From positions 49,382 through 113,381 of the forward strand of contig DAITOK010000002.1 in NCBI GenBank assembly GCA_036834125.1: DNA of 64,000 bases, read 5' to 3'. The position numbers were made by a program, and so were the translations under genes. Source of the DNA: Chloroflexota bacterium. Its GTDB lineage: Bacteria > Chloroflexota > Dehalococcoidia > GIF9 > AB-539-J10. Below the pieces are notes generated by a model. It saw nothing but the letters and a program-made list of their open reading frames with translations, had not been told where the DNA came from and made no database searches. Of the stretch, positions 28,034-38,441 are shown piece after piece (the stretch's first letter is position 1; every line of letters begins with the position of its first letter).

Positions 28034-28831
28034 ATGAGTTGTGTGCTTAGGATGTTCATCGTAGGACTGCTGGTATGGCTGGGAGCCAGTTTTGGTTTCT
28101 CTTGCTCGGACACTACTCCAATCTACACCTATAACATAGTAAATATCTATCCTCATGACCGTAACGCTTTTACACAGGGACTAGTTTTCGAAGATGGTTT
28201 TCTCTACGAGGGAACGGGGCTTTATGAGCAATCCACATTGCGCAGGGTGGAATTGGAAACGGGAAGCGTCTTGCAGATACGCGAGCTTCCGTCTCAGTTT
28301 TTTGGTGAGGGTATAACCATTTACGAAGACAAGATAATCCAGCTCACCTGGCAATCCCATGTCGGGTTTATCTACGACAAAGACAGCTTTGAATTATTGG
28401 GAGAGTTCAATTATTCGACTGAAGGCTGGGGTATCACACATGACGGAAATCGCTTAATCATGAGCGATGGCACGCAGACACTGTATTTTTTAGACCCTGA
28501 GACCTTTGAAGTGATCAGTCAGGTTGAAGTCTTGGACAGTCGTGGCCCTGTACACAGTCTTAATGAACTGGAGTACGTGCAGGGGAAAATCTACGCCAAC
28601 GTGTGGCAAACTGACCGAATCGCAATTATTGATCCTGAAACAGGTCGCGTGACCGGATGGGTGGACTTAAAGGGACTCCTGACCGAAGAAGACCGCAGTG
28701 AGCCAGTTGATGTTCTGAACGGCATTGCATATGACGCAGAAGGTGATCGCCTATTTGTCACTGGGAAACTATGGCCTAAACTCTTCGAAATTGAGCTCGT
28801 TGCCCAGGCTAATAGGTGTTTAGTCTTCTGA
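28034..28831 (+). CDS. Glutaminyl-peptide cyclotransferase (type I, beta-propeller), lipoprotein
   Basis: AFTQGL, FGEGIT, LTW, EGWGIT, LNELEY, YANVWQ, VLNGIAYD and TGKLWP motifs. Confidence 0.93.
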   Translation: MSCVLRMFIVGLLVWLGASFGFSCSDTTPIYTYNIVNIYPHDRNAFTQGLVFEDGFLYEGTGLYEQSTLRRVELETGSVLQIRELPSQFFGEGITIYEDKIIQLTWQSHVGFIYDKDSFELLGEFNYSTEGWGITHDGNRLIMSDGTQTLYFLDPETFEVISQVEVLDSRGPVHSLNELEYVQGKIYANVWQTDRIAIIDPETGRVTGWVDLKGLLTEEDRSEPVDVLNGIAYDAEGDRLFVTGKLWPKLFEIELVAQANRCLVF

Positions 28832-28918
28832 ATTGGGTTATCGGTTACGGGAATTGTGCCCGCAGGACTCCTCACTGCTTCGGTAACGAAGCTTCTCAAC
28901 GATAATTTCCGACCCCGC

Positions 28919-28974
28919 TTGACAATAGACGGCGCCGATTCTATAATCGAGAATACCTAGTAAGACGAGGTATT
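28919..28974 (+). promoter_or_regulatory. Consensus promoter TTGACA-17-TATAAT with inverted repeat AATACCT-N9-AGGTATT at the start site
   Basis: -35 at 28919-28924, -10 at 28942-28947, inverted repeat at 28952-28974. Confidence 0.75.
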
Positions 28975-29040
28975 TAAGAAAAAACCGAGAATTATCGAGG
29001 CTGGATATAGGCTCCTTAGGGTAATTCGAGGTAACGCTGG

Positions 29041-30441
29041 ATGAAAGAACCGCATACGGTACGTCGCTTGGGGGATTTAGCCCGAGCCATCATGTACCGA
29101 CAGGCGTTGGTCAGGCATGAATCCTGGCCTCGTGCCAAACTCGAAGAGCTGCAGCAGCGCCGTCTAACCGAACTTCTTGACTGGGTAACACAGCGCTCTC
29201 CTTTTTATCGCGAGTTCTGTTCTACGCATCGTATCAGCAAGCCTTACAATCTCCAAGATTTCCCCATCTTGGACAAAAAGACCTATATGAAACACTTTGA
29301 CGAAATTATCACTGACCCTCGATTACGACTTTCTGAAATACAAGAGCATGCGGCTCACATCTCGGGAGACGAGTATTACCTTGGGGAGTATCGCGTGCTT
29401 ACGACAGCGGGCAGCTCCGGACAGAAAACGGTGATGGTCTTCAACCGGAAGGAATGGAGTATTCAAGAAGCGACAAGCATGCGGATTGCTGCCATGATGG
29501 GGATAATTCCATTTTCTTTGAGACGTCCTACGATTGTGACCATCGGTTCTCCCAGCCCCTTGCACGATAGCTACCGCCTGCCGTTGAGCATGAATGTTGG
29601 ACTTTACCGCTATTACGTGTTGCCGGCTACAGCGCCGGTCGAAGAACTCGTCCAGAGGCTAAACTATGTTCGGCCCTATGTGCTGCGGGGGTTTCCATCC
29701 ATGCTCGGTCTGCTTGTCACAGAACAGCTTCAAGGGCGATTACACATCAATCCTGCTATTATTGCCGGTGGCGGCGAACCGTTGACCAGTGAATTGAGAA
29801 AGCAGCTCCAGAACGCCTGGCCAAAAAGCTCCGTGTTTGATATTTATGGTACTCAGGAAGGGCTGCGCGCTATGGAGTGCAACCCTGGCCAGGGCATGCA
29901 TATATTCGAGGATTTGGGCATCGTTGAAGTGGTGGATGAGAACAACCAACCTGTGCCTGATGGAACCCTGGGACACAAGATTCTATTCACGAGTCTATTT
30001 GGTTTTACTCAGCCCGTCATTCGGTACGAAATAGCAGACATGATGGTACTGGCTCCAGAGCCGTGCCCGTGTGGTCAGCCGTTTCGTCGCATTCTGGCTA
30101 TCAACGGGAGGAATGACGATGTCCTTTACCTTCAGGGGCGAGGAGGAAGACAGGTTGCTGTTCATCCTGTCCATTTCTGGAACGTCCTGGAAAGCTTTGC
30201 TAATATACGGCAATACCAGGTGGTACATGAAAAAGATGGCATTTGTTTGCGGCTGATGTTTGAGGAAGGCAACGGGAATACGGCTCGCATTGTCCAGGAG
30301 CAACTGGCGCGGAAGCTGCAAGCGTTAGGCGTTGAACGCCCATCTATTCGTGTGGAATTGGTGACGACGTTAGAAGACCGCTCTCGCCATATGGGGAAGT
30401 GGAAGAACATTATCTCCAACGTGAAGCAGGCAACTCAATAA
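29041..30441 (+). CDS. Phenylacetate-CoA ligase-like adenylate-forming enzyme (PaaK/CapK family)
   Basis: TTAGSSG, YGTQEG, RYEIAD and GRNDD motifs. Confidence 0.85.
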   Translation: MKEPHTVRRLGDLARAIMYRQALVRHESWPRAKLEELQQRRLTELLDWVTQRSPFYREFCSTHRISKPYNLQDFPILDKKTYMKHFDEIITDPRLRLSEIQEHAAHISGDEYYLGEYRVLTTAGSSGQKTVMVFNRKEWSIQEATSMRIAAMMGIIPFSLRRPTIVTIGSPSPLHDSYRLPLSMNVGLYRYYVLPATAPVEELVQRLNYVRPYVLRGFPSMLGLLVTEQLQGRLHINPAIIAGGGEPLTSELRKQLQNAWPKSSVFDIYGTQEGLRAMECNPGQGMHIFEDLGIVEVVDENNQPVPDGTLGHKILFTSLFGFTQPVIRYEIADMMVLAPEPCPCGQPFRRILAINGRNDDVLYLQGRGGRQVAVHPVHFWNVLESFANIRQYQVVHEKDGICLRLMFEEGNGNTARIVQEQLARKLQALGVERPSIRVELVTTLEDRSRHMGKWKNIISNVKQATQ

Positions 30442-30451
30442 CCAGAGATAG

Positions 30452-31096
30452 TTGCGTCTCGGTCGTCGGGCATTCCTTGGAAAAGCGGTAGTCATTAGAT
30501 TTGTGCAGTTGGGTCGTGAGATGGCTGCTTTCTTGGTAGCTATTGTACGGGTGCTATTGCCGGTAATAAACAGAGTTCACGCAGCAGTCCTCGGTATCAA
30601 ACCTTTGGAAAGAAACAGCCTCATCAGCATTGAAGTTAGACGTCACAAGGGCAGCCCAATCAAATTGCGGGACGGCTGTGAAGTCACGCCCGGTGACCCT
30701 GTCATCAAGCTACATTTGAACAATGCTTGGATTGCTGAGAAATGGCGCACGGGTGTGGGGTTTGGCGGAAGGCGTTTTCCTCGGGGTGCTTTCCATTACT
30801 TCAAAGAGGGCATGCAGCTTCTTGCTCGAAAAGTAGCTGACGGTGAGTATGGTGACATCGTAGCTGTATATGGCTGGACTGCCTTCTATACTCAGGCTAG
30901 CCGATTGGGATTTCAGGTTATTGATTTGCCGGACAGCTTGAGAGTAAAGCTGGCTTGGCTCCATATCACAGCATTGAGGCAGGCTCGTAGTATTCCCTGG
31001 CTTAAGGGGCGTGCTTCATCTCGTAAAGTATCGCAGATTAAGGCAGTGTGGCTGTCCCGAGCTGAACTCTTGAGAATCCAGGGGCACAATGGTTAG
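30452..31096 (+). CDS. YkoP-like protein
   Basis: RRHKGSPIKLRDG.EVTPGD.VIKLHLNN resembles the YkoP domain (recognised from memory). Confidence 0.6.
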   Translation: MRLGRRAFLGKAVVIRFVQLGREMAAFLVAIVRVLLPVINRVHAAVLGIKPLERNSLISIEVRRHKGSPIKLRDGCEVTPGDPVIKLHLNNAWIAEKWRTGVGFGGRRFPRGAFHYFKEGMQLLARKVADGEYGDIVAVYGWTAFYTQASRLGFQVIDLPDSLRVKLAWLHITALRQARSIPWLKGRASSRKVSQIKAVWLSRAELLRIQGHNG

Positions 31097-32391
31097 GGGC
31101 GGACTTGTCCGCTGCCCAAGATTATCCACTTGTAGCTGGTTAACTCTTTGAGAGCCATAGGACCGCGCGCATGGAACTTCTGGGTGCTTATGCCTATCTC
31201 GGCGCCCAGACCAAATTGCCCGCCATCGGTGAATCGTGTGCTGGCGTTGACATAAACACAGGCGGCATCCACCTCATTAAGGAAGCGCATGGCTGCCGAG
31301 TAATCTTCGGTGACAATGGCTTCGGAGTGCCCTGAGCCGTACTTCTCAATGTGTTCCAAAGCTTCATCCAGAGAGCCCACCACCTTGATAGCTGCCTTGA
31401 GCGAGAGATATTCCTTGCCCCAGTCTTCGTCCGTAGCTGGGACTAGCTTCAGAGACGGAACGGACTTGAGGATAGCCATAGCTCGCTTATCGCAGTGCAT
31501 TTCCACCCCGGCTTTAGCCCATTCCTTGGCAATCGCCGGCAAATAAACGGGGGCAATCTCCTTATGAACCAGGATGCAGTCCAGAGCGTTGCAGACGGTA
31601 GGGCGCTGGACTTTGGCGTTGTAAGCGATGGCTACTGCTTTGTCTATGTCAGCGCTCTTATCTACGTAGGTATGGCACACACCGATGCCGCCGGCAACCA
31701 CGGGCATGCTGGCGTTCTCTGAAACCAGCTTTATCAGTTCAGCGCCACCGCGGGGGATCATCAAATCAATAATTCCTTTCATCTTGAGCATTTCGTTGAC
31801 CAGAGCCCGCTCTGTGGACTCGATAAATTGAATGGCTCCGGTGGGCACTCCGGCTCGGTCGCAGGCTTCTTGAGCCACATTAGCCAGAGCCTTATTGGAA
31901 TTTATGGCTTCCTTGCCGCCGCGCAGTATCACGGCATTGCCTGATTTGATACACAGGCTGGATATATCTATGGTTACGTTGGGGCGGCTCTCGTATATTG
32001 CGCCAATGACTCCTAGAGGAACTCGCTTCTTACCTATTTGCAAGCCGTTAGGCAGCGTCCGCATGTCGAACACCTCGCCCACTGGGTCTGGCAGCGCAGC
32101 CACAGCTCTTGTGTCCTGGGCTATTGCCTCCAGACGGGATGGCGTGAGCAGCAATCTATCTAGCATGGCTTCGCTCATCCCCGAAGCCTTGGCTGCTTCA
32201 TAATCGGTTTTGTTAGCAGCCAGGATTTCCTCCTTTTTGGCGGTAAGGGCATCAGCAATATTGAGCAAAGCCTTATTCTTAACTTCCGTAGAAAGGAAAG
32301 CCAGCTTCTTCGATGCTGCCTTAGCTGCTTTTCCCTTTTCTTCCAGCTCTCTTGCCGCCGATTTCATACTTTGCCTCTCTTGGTTTTTCAC
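31093..32391 (-). CDS. proA: Gamma-glutamyl phosphate reductase
   Basis: PLGVIGAIYESRPNVT, IPRGG, CNALD, GSGHSE and NASTRFTDGGQFG motifs. Confidence 0.97.
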   Translation of the reverse strand: MKNQERQSMKSAARELEEKGKAAKAASKKLAFLSTEVKNKALLNIADALTAKKEEILAANKTDYEAAKASGMSEAMLDRLLLTPSRLEAIAQDTRAVAALPDPVGEVFDMRTLPNGLQIGKKRVPLGVIGAIYESRPNVTIDISSLCIKSGNAVILRGGKEAINSNKALANVAQEACDRAGVPTGAIQFIESTERALVNEMLKMKGIIDLMIPRGGAELIKLVSENASMPVVAGGIGVCHTYVDKSADIDKAVAIAYNAKVQRPTVCNALDCILVHKEIAPVYLPAIAKEWAKAGVEMHCDKRAMAILKSVPSLKLVPATDEDWGKEYLSLKAAIKVVGSLDEALEHIEKYGSGHSEAIVTEDYSAAMRFLNEVDAACVYVNASTRFTDGGQFGLGAEIGISTQKFHARGPMALKELTSYKWIILGSGQVRP

Positions 32392-32414
32392 CTTTCACCT
32401 GATTCCCTATAGTT

Positions 32415-33344
32415 CTATCTGCCCTGCCTTCTTTCTTTAACTATGAAGTCAAATAATGAGGGAACATTCTGGACGTAGCTAAATCTCCTAATTCGTCTCT
32501 CTGCTAGCTTAACATACTCCTCGTTTATCTCATAGCCTACATAGTGTCGTCTGGTTTTTTATGGCAGCTATAGCAGTTTGCCCGCTTCCCATAAACGGGT
32601 CTAGGACTACATCTCTTTCATAGGTATAAAGCTGAATAAGCCTATACGGCAGCTCCACGGGGAAAGGGGCGGGATACCCGATTATCTTCGCCTGCTCTGC
32701 GGGGAATGTCCAAACACTTTTTGTTAATTCGAGGAATTCCTCTCTAGATATAGTGGTAGTCTTATTCGAGAGTGGCTTTCGGCTAAATGTGCCTTTAGAT
32801 ATATATTCGTGAATGTCTCCAAGTGTTGGATTGGCTGCTGAAAGCCAGCTTCCCCAAGCTGTGGAGGAGCTGGAGGTTGAGGCCTTGTTCCAGATAATTT
32901 CTCCTCGCATCAGAAAACCTAAGTCAAGCATGTCTTCAACGACAAAAGCGTGCAGGGGATATAGGGTTTTCTGCCAAGGTTGGCAATATTTACGCAAGCT
33001 CTGCCACCGGGCACGAGAACTCTGTACACCTCTCGCCATACCCTCCGCAGAAACTCCTTGTATCCTTCGAGTGTCAAGTCTTCATCATACTCTTTGCCTA
33101 CGTTGTAAGGCGGAGAGGTTACCATAAGATGAACGCTGTTATCAGGCAGTTCGTCCATCTTTTCGCTGGACTTACAAAATATTCTGTCCAAGACTTCGGA
33201 AGGAACAGGGTTCTCCACATATCTAGCTCTTTCTTCTTTCGGCAAACCCTCGTACAGTCTGCTGGCATAGAAGCGAGTGGAATCGTGGTTTATCCGCCTT
33301 GGCGAACCGAATGAGTTCATCTCGGTGGCTCTTTTTCCCCTCAC
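32415..33344 (-). pseudogene. Amino (N4-C/N6-A, beta-class) DNA methyltransferase, disrupted
   Basis: VTSPPYNV, IIWNK, HPAPF-like YPAPFP and VLDPFMGSG motifs. Frameshifts at runs 32955-32958 and 32555-32560; the restored C-terminus reads KTRRHYVGYEINEEYVKLAERRI. Confidence 0.88.
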
Positions 33345-33972
33345 TTTTCGCTCCAGTAATCCACCCATCTTTGGTACGGATTGTAGTCGATTTATGTTCT
33401 TTGCCAGAATATATCGATATTCTTACATCGCTTATCGGAAACTACAGCTCCTAATGCCTCCCTTGTGATTTCTACACCCCTGGGGTTTGTTCCTGGCTTG
33501 GGGAGCTTGACATATGCTACTCGACCCATCTTATTAAACACTTCCCTTTGGATTTCTAGTGGCAGATAGTAAAATCCACCCCTGTCGCCCAATTGACCTG
33601 CACGAATAAAATATCGCATCGAGGGTAGTAATTTTCCCGAAATTCCTGTGCTTTTGCGGCAGCAACGGTCCACACGAGTTTGACTCCACTCAATCCCTTA
33701 GCCTTAATTGTCTTGATAGACACAGGTTGCCCAAATAACCTGAGGTCAACTTCTGGCTTGGTGATGCGGATTCCTGTTTCTACGTTCTCCTCGCCAAACC
33801 TGTATATGAGTAAAGTTGTTATGATGCTCTCTCTGACCGACACAACTTGCATCCCGGTTGTGCCTGCTCGTGAGCTTTCTAGCTCCGCAATGTTAAATAA
33901 GTAGGGCAATTTCCTCTGTATTCTAGCTTTGAGTTCTTTGTCCTCAAAGATTTTTATGAGATGACTATTCAC
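33341..33972 (-). pseudogene. ThaI-like type II restriction endonuclease, disrupted
   Basis: LPYLFNIAELESSRAG, FGEENVET, VSIKT, VKLVWTV and PGTNPRGVEI motifs. Frameshift at 33588-33590; in-frame TAA at 33392-33394 followed by IDYNPYQRWVDYWSEK*. Confidence 0.75.
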
Positions 33973-34003
33973 TTATGCTCCTCAAAGTCTCTTTTCATGC
34001 TAT

Positions 34004-35116
34004 TCACACTATCACCATATTATTCCTGTGAATCACCTCGTCGCCGTAGTCGTAGCCGAGGAGACTGCCGATTGTATCGGAATGCTTTCCGGCGATAGTA
34101 GCTATGTCGGAGGAGCTATAGTTGGCAATACCACAGCCAATGCGTCTGCCCTTTTCGTCCAGAATATCCACGATGTCGCCGCGGCGAAATTTCCCTTCCA
34201 CCTTGATTACTCCAGCCGGAAGAAGGCTTTTGTTCAGCTTCTTGAGGGCGGAGACAGCGCCTGTGTCCACTGTGAGCTTTCCTTTGGAAGCCAGCCCGCT
34301 GAGCATCCATCTTTTTCGGCTCTCCATCTTGTTTACCTGAGCTGGAAAGAATGTGCCGATTTCCTCTCCCTGGCTAATCCGAATTAGCACATCCGGTTCT
34401 CGCCCATTGGCGATGACCACATTTACTCCCGAAGCTGTTGCCAGCTTGGCTGCCTCGATCTTGGTAACCATGCCACCGGTTCCCTGACGATTGGCAGTAC
34501 CGCACGCCATGCGCTCAACTTTGGCATCAATCTTGTCTACTCGGTGGATGAGCTGGGCATCGGGGTTGAGATGTGGGTCGGCTGTATACAAGCCGTCAAT
34601 ATCGGTGAGTATGACCAGGATATCGGCGTCAACCAGGTTAGCCACCAGGGCAGAGAGATTATCGTTATCCCCGAATTTCAGCTCTTCGATTTCATCAATA
34701 GCGACGACGTCGTTCTCGTTCACAATGCAGATTATGCCCAGCTCGATAAGAGATAGCAGAGTGTTACGGGCATTGAGGTAGCCGCTTCGATCGGAGAGGT
34801 CTCTTTTGGTGAGCAGTGCTTGAGCTACGGTTATGCCATGCTGGCTGAAAAGTTGTTCGTAGGTATACATAAGGCGGCTTTGTCCGACGGAAGCCAGGAC
34901 CTGTTTGAAGGGAGTGTTCTTGCGTTCCGGAATATTCGTCAGTTTCTCTCTGCCTGAGGCAATAGCTCCAGAGGAGATTATGACAATCTCCTTCCTCTGG
35001 CTATGAAGCTGGGCTAGCTGCCCGACTAAGTTTGACATAACTTTCAAATCCAGATGGTTGGTGCTGGAGGTGAGGAGGCTTGTGCCGAATTTAGCCACTA
35101 TACGGTTGTAGGACAT
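34004..35116 (-). CDS. proB: Glutamate 5-kinase
   Basis: [30 protein letters not shown] and GTGGMVTK motifs; PUA domain. Confidence 0.97.
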   Translation of the reverse strand: MSYNRIVAKFGTSLLTSSTNHLDLKVMSNLVGQLAQLHSQRKEIVIISSGAIASGREKLTNIPERKNTPFKQVLASVGQSRLMYTYEQLFSQHGITVAQALLTKRDLSDRSGYLNARNTLLSLIELGIICIVNENDVVAIDEIEELKFGDNDNLSALVANLVDADILVILTDIDGLYTADPHLNPDAQLIHRVDKIDAKVERMACGTANRQGTGGMVTKIEAAKLATASGVNVVIANGREPDVLIRISQGEEIGTFFPAQVNKMESRKRWMLSGLASKGKLTVDTGAVSALKKLNKSLLPAGVIKVEGKFRRGDIVDILDEKGRRIGCGIANYSSSDIATIAGKHSDTIGSLLGYDYGDEVIHRNNMVIV

Positions 35117-35507
35117 GGGAATAAATCTAGCAGTTTTGAGTTATATTGACAACCCAATTGGGGAAGGGAGATGTCCTGTCCTAGCTCTTTGCTGGTACGG
35201 AGGACTAATGGTTTTGGGCAATTGAAAAAGCGGGCTTTAAAAACTGGCGGTAGTTCATAGACAAAGTTGCCAAAAACAAACATTGGTGTGGGCGATTTGA
35301 AGCTCTTTCTTCCATATAGCACTGGGACAGGCTATAATACAGCTCTTAAGGTGAGCTTTTTCGAAATAGGTCTAGCAGCCAAGTTGCCTAACACAGTGAT
35401 AAGTTATTTCTCAAGTGCAGGTTGTTTTGTGTGCCATATAGATTCATATGTTATTGGCATTTTAGATTGCTGCCACAATGTATGGCTGGTAGTAAATTCG
35501 GTATCGC

Positions 35508-36590
35508 ATGAGTGAATATAAACCGAGAATAGACCTGCGTAAGTCTGTCATCATAATAGTTCTGGCTATCGTCCTGATGGCGGTAGCAGGGTGGCTTCTA
35601 TCACGTGAGAATTTCTATGAGATGTTCAGGACTATTAAGGACGCTGACCATTTGTTTACTGCATTAGCCATAGCCATATATTTTATTAGTGTTGCTGTTT
35701 GGGCGGCTCGCTGGAAGGCAGCGCTTTCTTTCATAAACTGCAAAACAAGTTTTGGTATTCGTTACTTTATTATTTGTGCTGCTATTTTCCTGAACAATAT
35801 CACCCCTGTGGCACGTGTGGGGGGTGACCCATTCGGAAGGGTTTATATGTTACGTAAGTTGGAGAACATAAGTTATTCGTCGGCCATAGCTTCTTCTGTT
35901 GGTGAACATGTTTTTACTCCTCTTGTCATAATATCATTTCTGATGGCTGGGTTGTTCTTGCAATTTGGTAAAGAATCGCCTCAGTTAAGCTTAATTCTAG
36001 GGGTGATTTGGGCTTTGGTTGCTCTCGGAATGGTCTTTTTCCCGCGTCTCTTTTTTAAAAAAAGGATTGCACTAAATGGTATAAGTCGCATCACAAGCCG
36101 CGTTCTTGGTTGGTTTGGAAAGCGTGAGGATATTCAGGAATTGGTGAAGGGAGTTGATGCTTTTTACTCGAGTTCTTATGCAACAATGGACCAGTTAAAG
36201 AAAGTATCGGCGATTGGAGGGTTGACATTGGTGATCGGGGCACTCGATGTTTTGCGAATTTACATTATATTCTTAGCTCTAGGCTATCAGCCAACACTTT
36301 CCATGCTATTGCTAGCCTCGTCGGTGCCGACCATCGTTGGTCTTATACCTTTCTTGCCGGGAGGTTTGGTTCTTATCGAAGGGTCGTTACTTTCGGTTTT
36401 TGCCCTCTTTGGTGTCCCCCTAAATCTAGCGATGGCAGCGACACTGATTGAAAGGGGGATTTCGTTTGTTTTGAGCACTATAGTAGGGGCTGGAGTTTTC
36501 TTTTATCTAGGCTTTAAGATAGCGACAAAACCCGTCCTGGTAAATAAGAACGAAATTAAGAAAGATGCGAGTAGCATTGGTTGGCGATGA
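35508..36590 (+). CDS. Lysylphosphatidylglycerol-synthase TM / UPF0104 flippase-like membrane protein
   Basis: RWK, FLNNITP.ARVGGDP, IPFLPGGLVLIEG and LIERGISF motifs; multiple TMs. Confidence 0.85.
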   Translation: MSEYKPRIDLRKSVIIIVLAIVLMAVAGWLLSRENFYEMFRTIKDADHLFTALAIAIYFISVAVWAARWKAALSFINCKTSFGIRYFIICAAIFLNNITPVARVGGDPFGRVYMLRKLENISYSSAIASSVGEHVFTPLVIISFLMAGLFLQFGKESPQLSLILGVIWALVALGMVFFPRLFFKKRIALNGISRITSRVLGWFGKREDIQELVKGVDAFYSSSYATMDQLKKVSAIGGLTLVIGALDVLRIYIIFLALGYQPTLSMLLLASSVPTIVGLIPFLPGGLVLIEGSLLSVFALFGVPLNLAMAATLIERGISFVLSTIVGAGVFFYLGFKIATKPVLVNKNEIKKDASSIGWR

Positions 36591-37716
36591 GTATTATCCC
36601 GATATAGGTGGGGCAGCTCAGTATGCCTTCGAGTTAAGTCTTCAATTAGCTAAGTTAGGTGTAGATGTGGTGGTGATCACACATGCACATCGTGGGCAAT
36701 TAGAAGAGGAGGAAGTTGACGGAGTCAAGATCAAGCGGGTGAAAGGCTTAGTATTACCTAATCCTCATCGTGCTGTTTCGCCGCTATGTTTTTGCCGCTG
36801 CCATAAATATATCGCGTATAACGATTTTGATGTGATCCATGGACTCGATATGTATTCCACTGTGGCACTAATGGTGATTCGTTCTGCCAACAGGCTCCGT
36901 ATTCCTTACGTGATAACTTGCCACACAGTGATGAATTCGCCTATTTTAATATGGCTGCAGCACTTGGTTAAGCTAGCACTGGGCAAAATTGACCACGTAA
37001 TAGCTGTGAGCCGGGCATCGGCAAATTTCTGCCGCTTGTTAGGCTTCCCCGATAAAAGAATAACTGTTGTCCCCAACGGTGTTGATTTATCGTGTTTCAA
37101 TGGGAAAACAGACGCTTTCCTGATGCGAAAGGAATTGGGCATTAGTGACAAGCCCGTGGTAGCAACAGCGTTGCGTCTGATCAAGCGGAAAAACCCGGAT
37201 TTGCTCCTATCAGCGTTTGTTAAAGTCTTGCAGGTTATACCAGATGCCAAGCTGGTTATCGCCGGGTCTGGTCGGGAAGAGGACAATCTTTTGCGTCAGA
37301 TACGAAATTTGAACATAACGAATTCGGTATTTATGGTGGGAAAATTGCCAAAAGAGAAGGTGGCGCAGCTCATGGCAGCAGCGGATGTTTTTGTTTTACC
37401 ATCCAAGATGGAATCGTTTGGGTTAGCTTTACTGGAAGCTTCAGCTACTGGTGTGCCAGTGGTATGCTCGAATGCCGGTGGAGTTTCCGAAATATTCCGG
37501 GATGGTTTTGATGCGCTCCTCTATCCACCGGGAGACAAGGATGCTATGGCAAGAGCCATAATTCGTCTGATTCAAGACAAGGAGCTAGCAAAAATCATTA
37601 GCGCACATGCTGTAGAGACTGCTAAGAGGTTTTCTTGGGAGATGACTGCTAGGCGCACATTGCAAGTTTATGAGGAGGTGTTACAAGGAAATGGCTCAGG
37701 TTGCTCTCACCGTTGA
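36565..37716 (+). CDS. Glycosyltransferase family 4 (PIG-A-like N-terminus)
   Basis: DEYYPDIGG, VVITH, VVPNGVD, KNPD and ESFGLALLEA motifs. Confidence 0.9.
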   Translation: MRVALVGDEYYPDIGGAAQYAFELSLQLAKLGVDVVVITHAHRGQLEEEEVDGVKIKRVKGLVLPNPHRAVSPLCFCRCHKYIAYNDFDVIHGLDMYSTVALMVIRSANRLRIPYVITCHTVMNSPILIWLQHLVKLALGKIDHVIAVSRASANFCRLLGFPDKRITVVPNGVDLSCFNGKTDAFLMRKELGISDKPVVATALRLIKRKNPDLLLSAFVKVLQVIPDAKLVIAGSGREEDNLLRQIRNLNITNSVFMVGKLPKEKVAQLMAAADVFVLPSKMESFGLALLEASATGVPVVCSNAGGVSEIFRDGFDALLYPPGDKDAMARAIIRLIQDKELAKIISAHAVETAKRFSWEMTARRTLQVYEEVLQGNGSGCSHR

Positions 37717-38416
37717 TGTTGAACAGGATGCGCCACCCTATCTCAACACATGGCGAGGTGTGGAACAGGGATTACCGCTGCTGCTGAGAGTTCTTGATAA
37801 ACATGCTGTGCCAGCCACCTTTTTTGTAACGGGACAGACGGCAGAGAGATTTTCAGGATTAATTGCCGAGATTGCTCAAAGGTATGAAGTTGCCTGTCAT
37901 GGATACGAGCATGAAAGGTTTGATAAATTGGCTGTGGAGGAGCAGCAACAACGTATTGAAAAAGCGACAAAGATTTTGCAAAGGATCACAGGAACAAAGC
38001 CTCTGGGATTTAGAGCACCGAATTTCAAGCTCACTGCATACACAGTAGCTATCTTAGAGCAAATGGAGTATGTATACAATGCTTCAAAGGCGAGTTATAA
38101 AAGAGGTACGAGACAGGGTGATTCCAGCCTTGTAGAAATTTCTAACACCTTTCCCTCTAGTTTCCTACGTTTGCCTATTTGGCTTTCTTGCCAGGTGCTG
38201 AATTTGTGTCTCAATCTCTTGCCCTTAGTGGTTTTGGATTACCATCCCTGGGAATTGGTTAAGATATCGAATGTCAGATTCGACTTGCGATTTGCCACGG
38301 GAGACAAGGCTTTAGATAAGCTAGACAAGATCATAGGCTACCTGCGTGCCAAAGGGACAAGGTTTGTGACATTGAAAGAAGTCGCCTTAAGCGAGACGCA
38401 TAAGGTTAAGAGATAA
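37670..38416 (+). CDS. Polysaccharide deacetylase (CE4/NodB homology)
   Basis: LTVDVE, ATFF, ACHGYEHE, GFRAP and DYHPWE motifs; start may be 37692. Confidence 0.88.
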   Translation: MRRCYKEMAQVALTVDVEQDAPPYLNTWRGVEQGLPLLLRVLDKHAVPATFFVTGQTAERFSGLIAEIAQRYEVACHGYEHERFDKLAVEEQQQRIEKATKILQRITGTKPLGFRAPNFKLTAYTVAILEQMEYVYNASKASYKRGTRQGDSSLVEISNTFPSSFLRLPIWLSCQVLNLCLNLLPLVVLDYHPWELVKISNVRFDLRFATGDKALDKLDKIIGYLRAKGTRFVTLKEVALSETHKVKR

Positions 38417-38441
38417 AACTCTCAAATTGTAAAGGAGTCAA

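Noticed and set aside
32415-33972. R-M frameshifts as pure sequencing artefacts
   Set aside because: The indels are in homopolymers, but a nonsense codon and an in-frame loss also occur and neighbouring genes are intact. Not fully excluded without reads.
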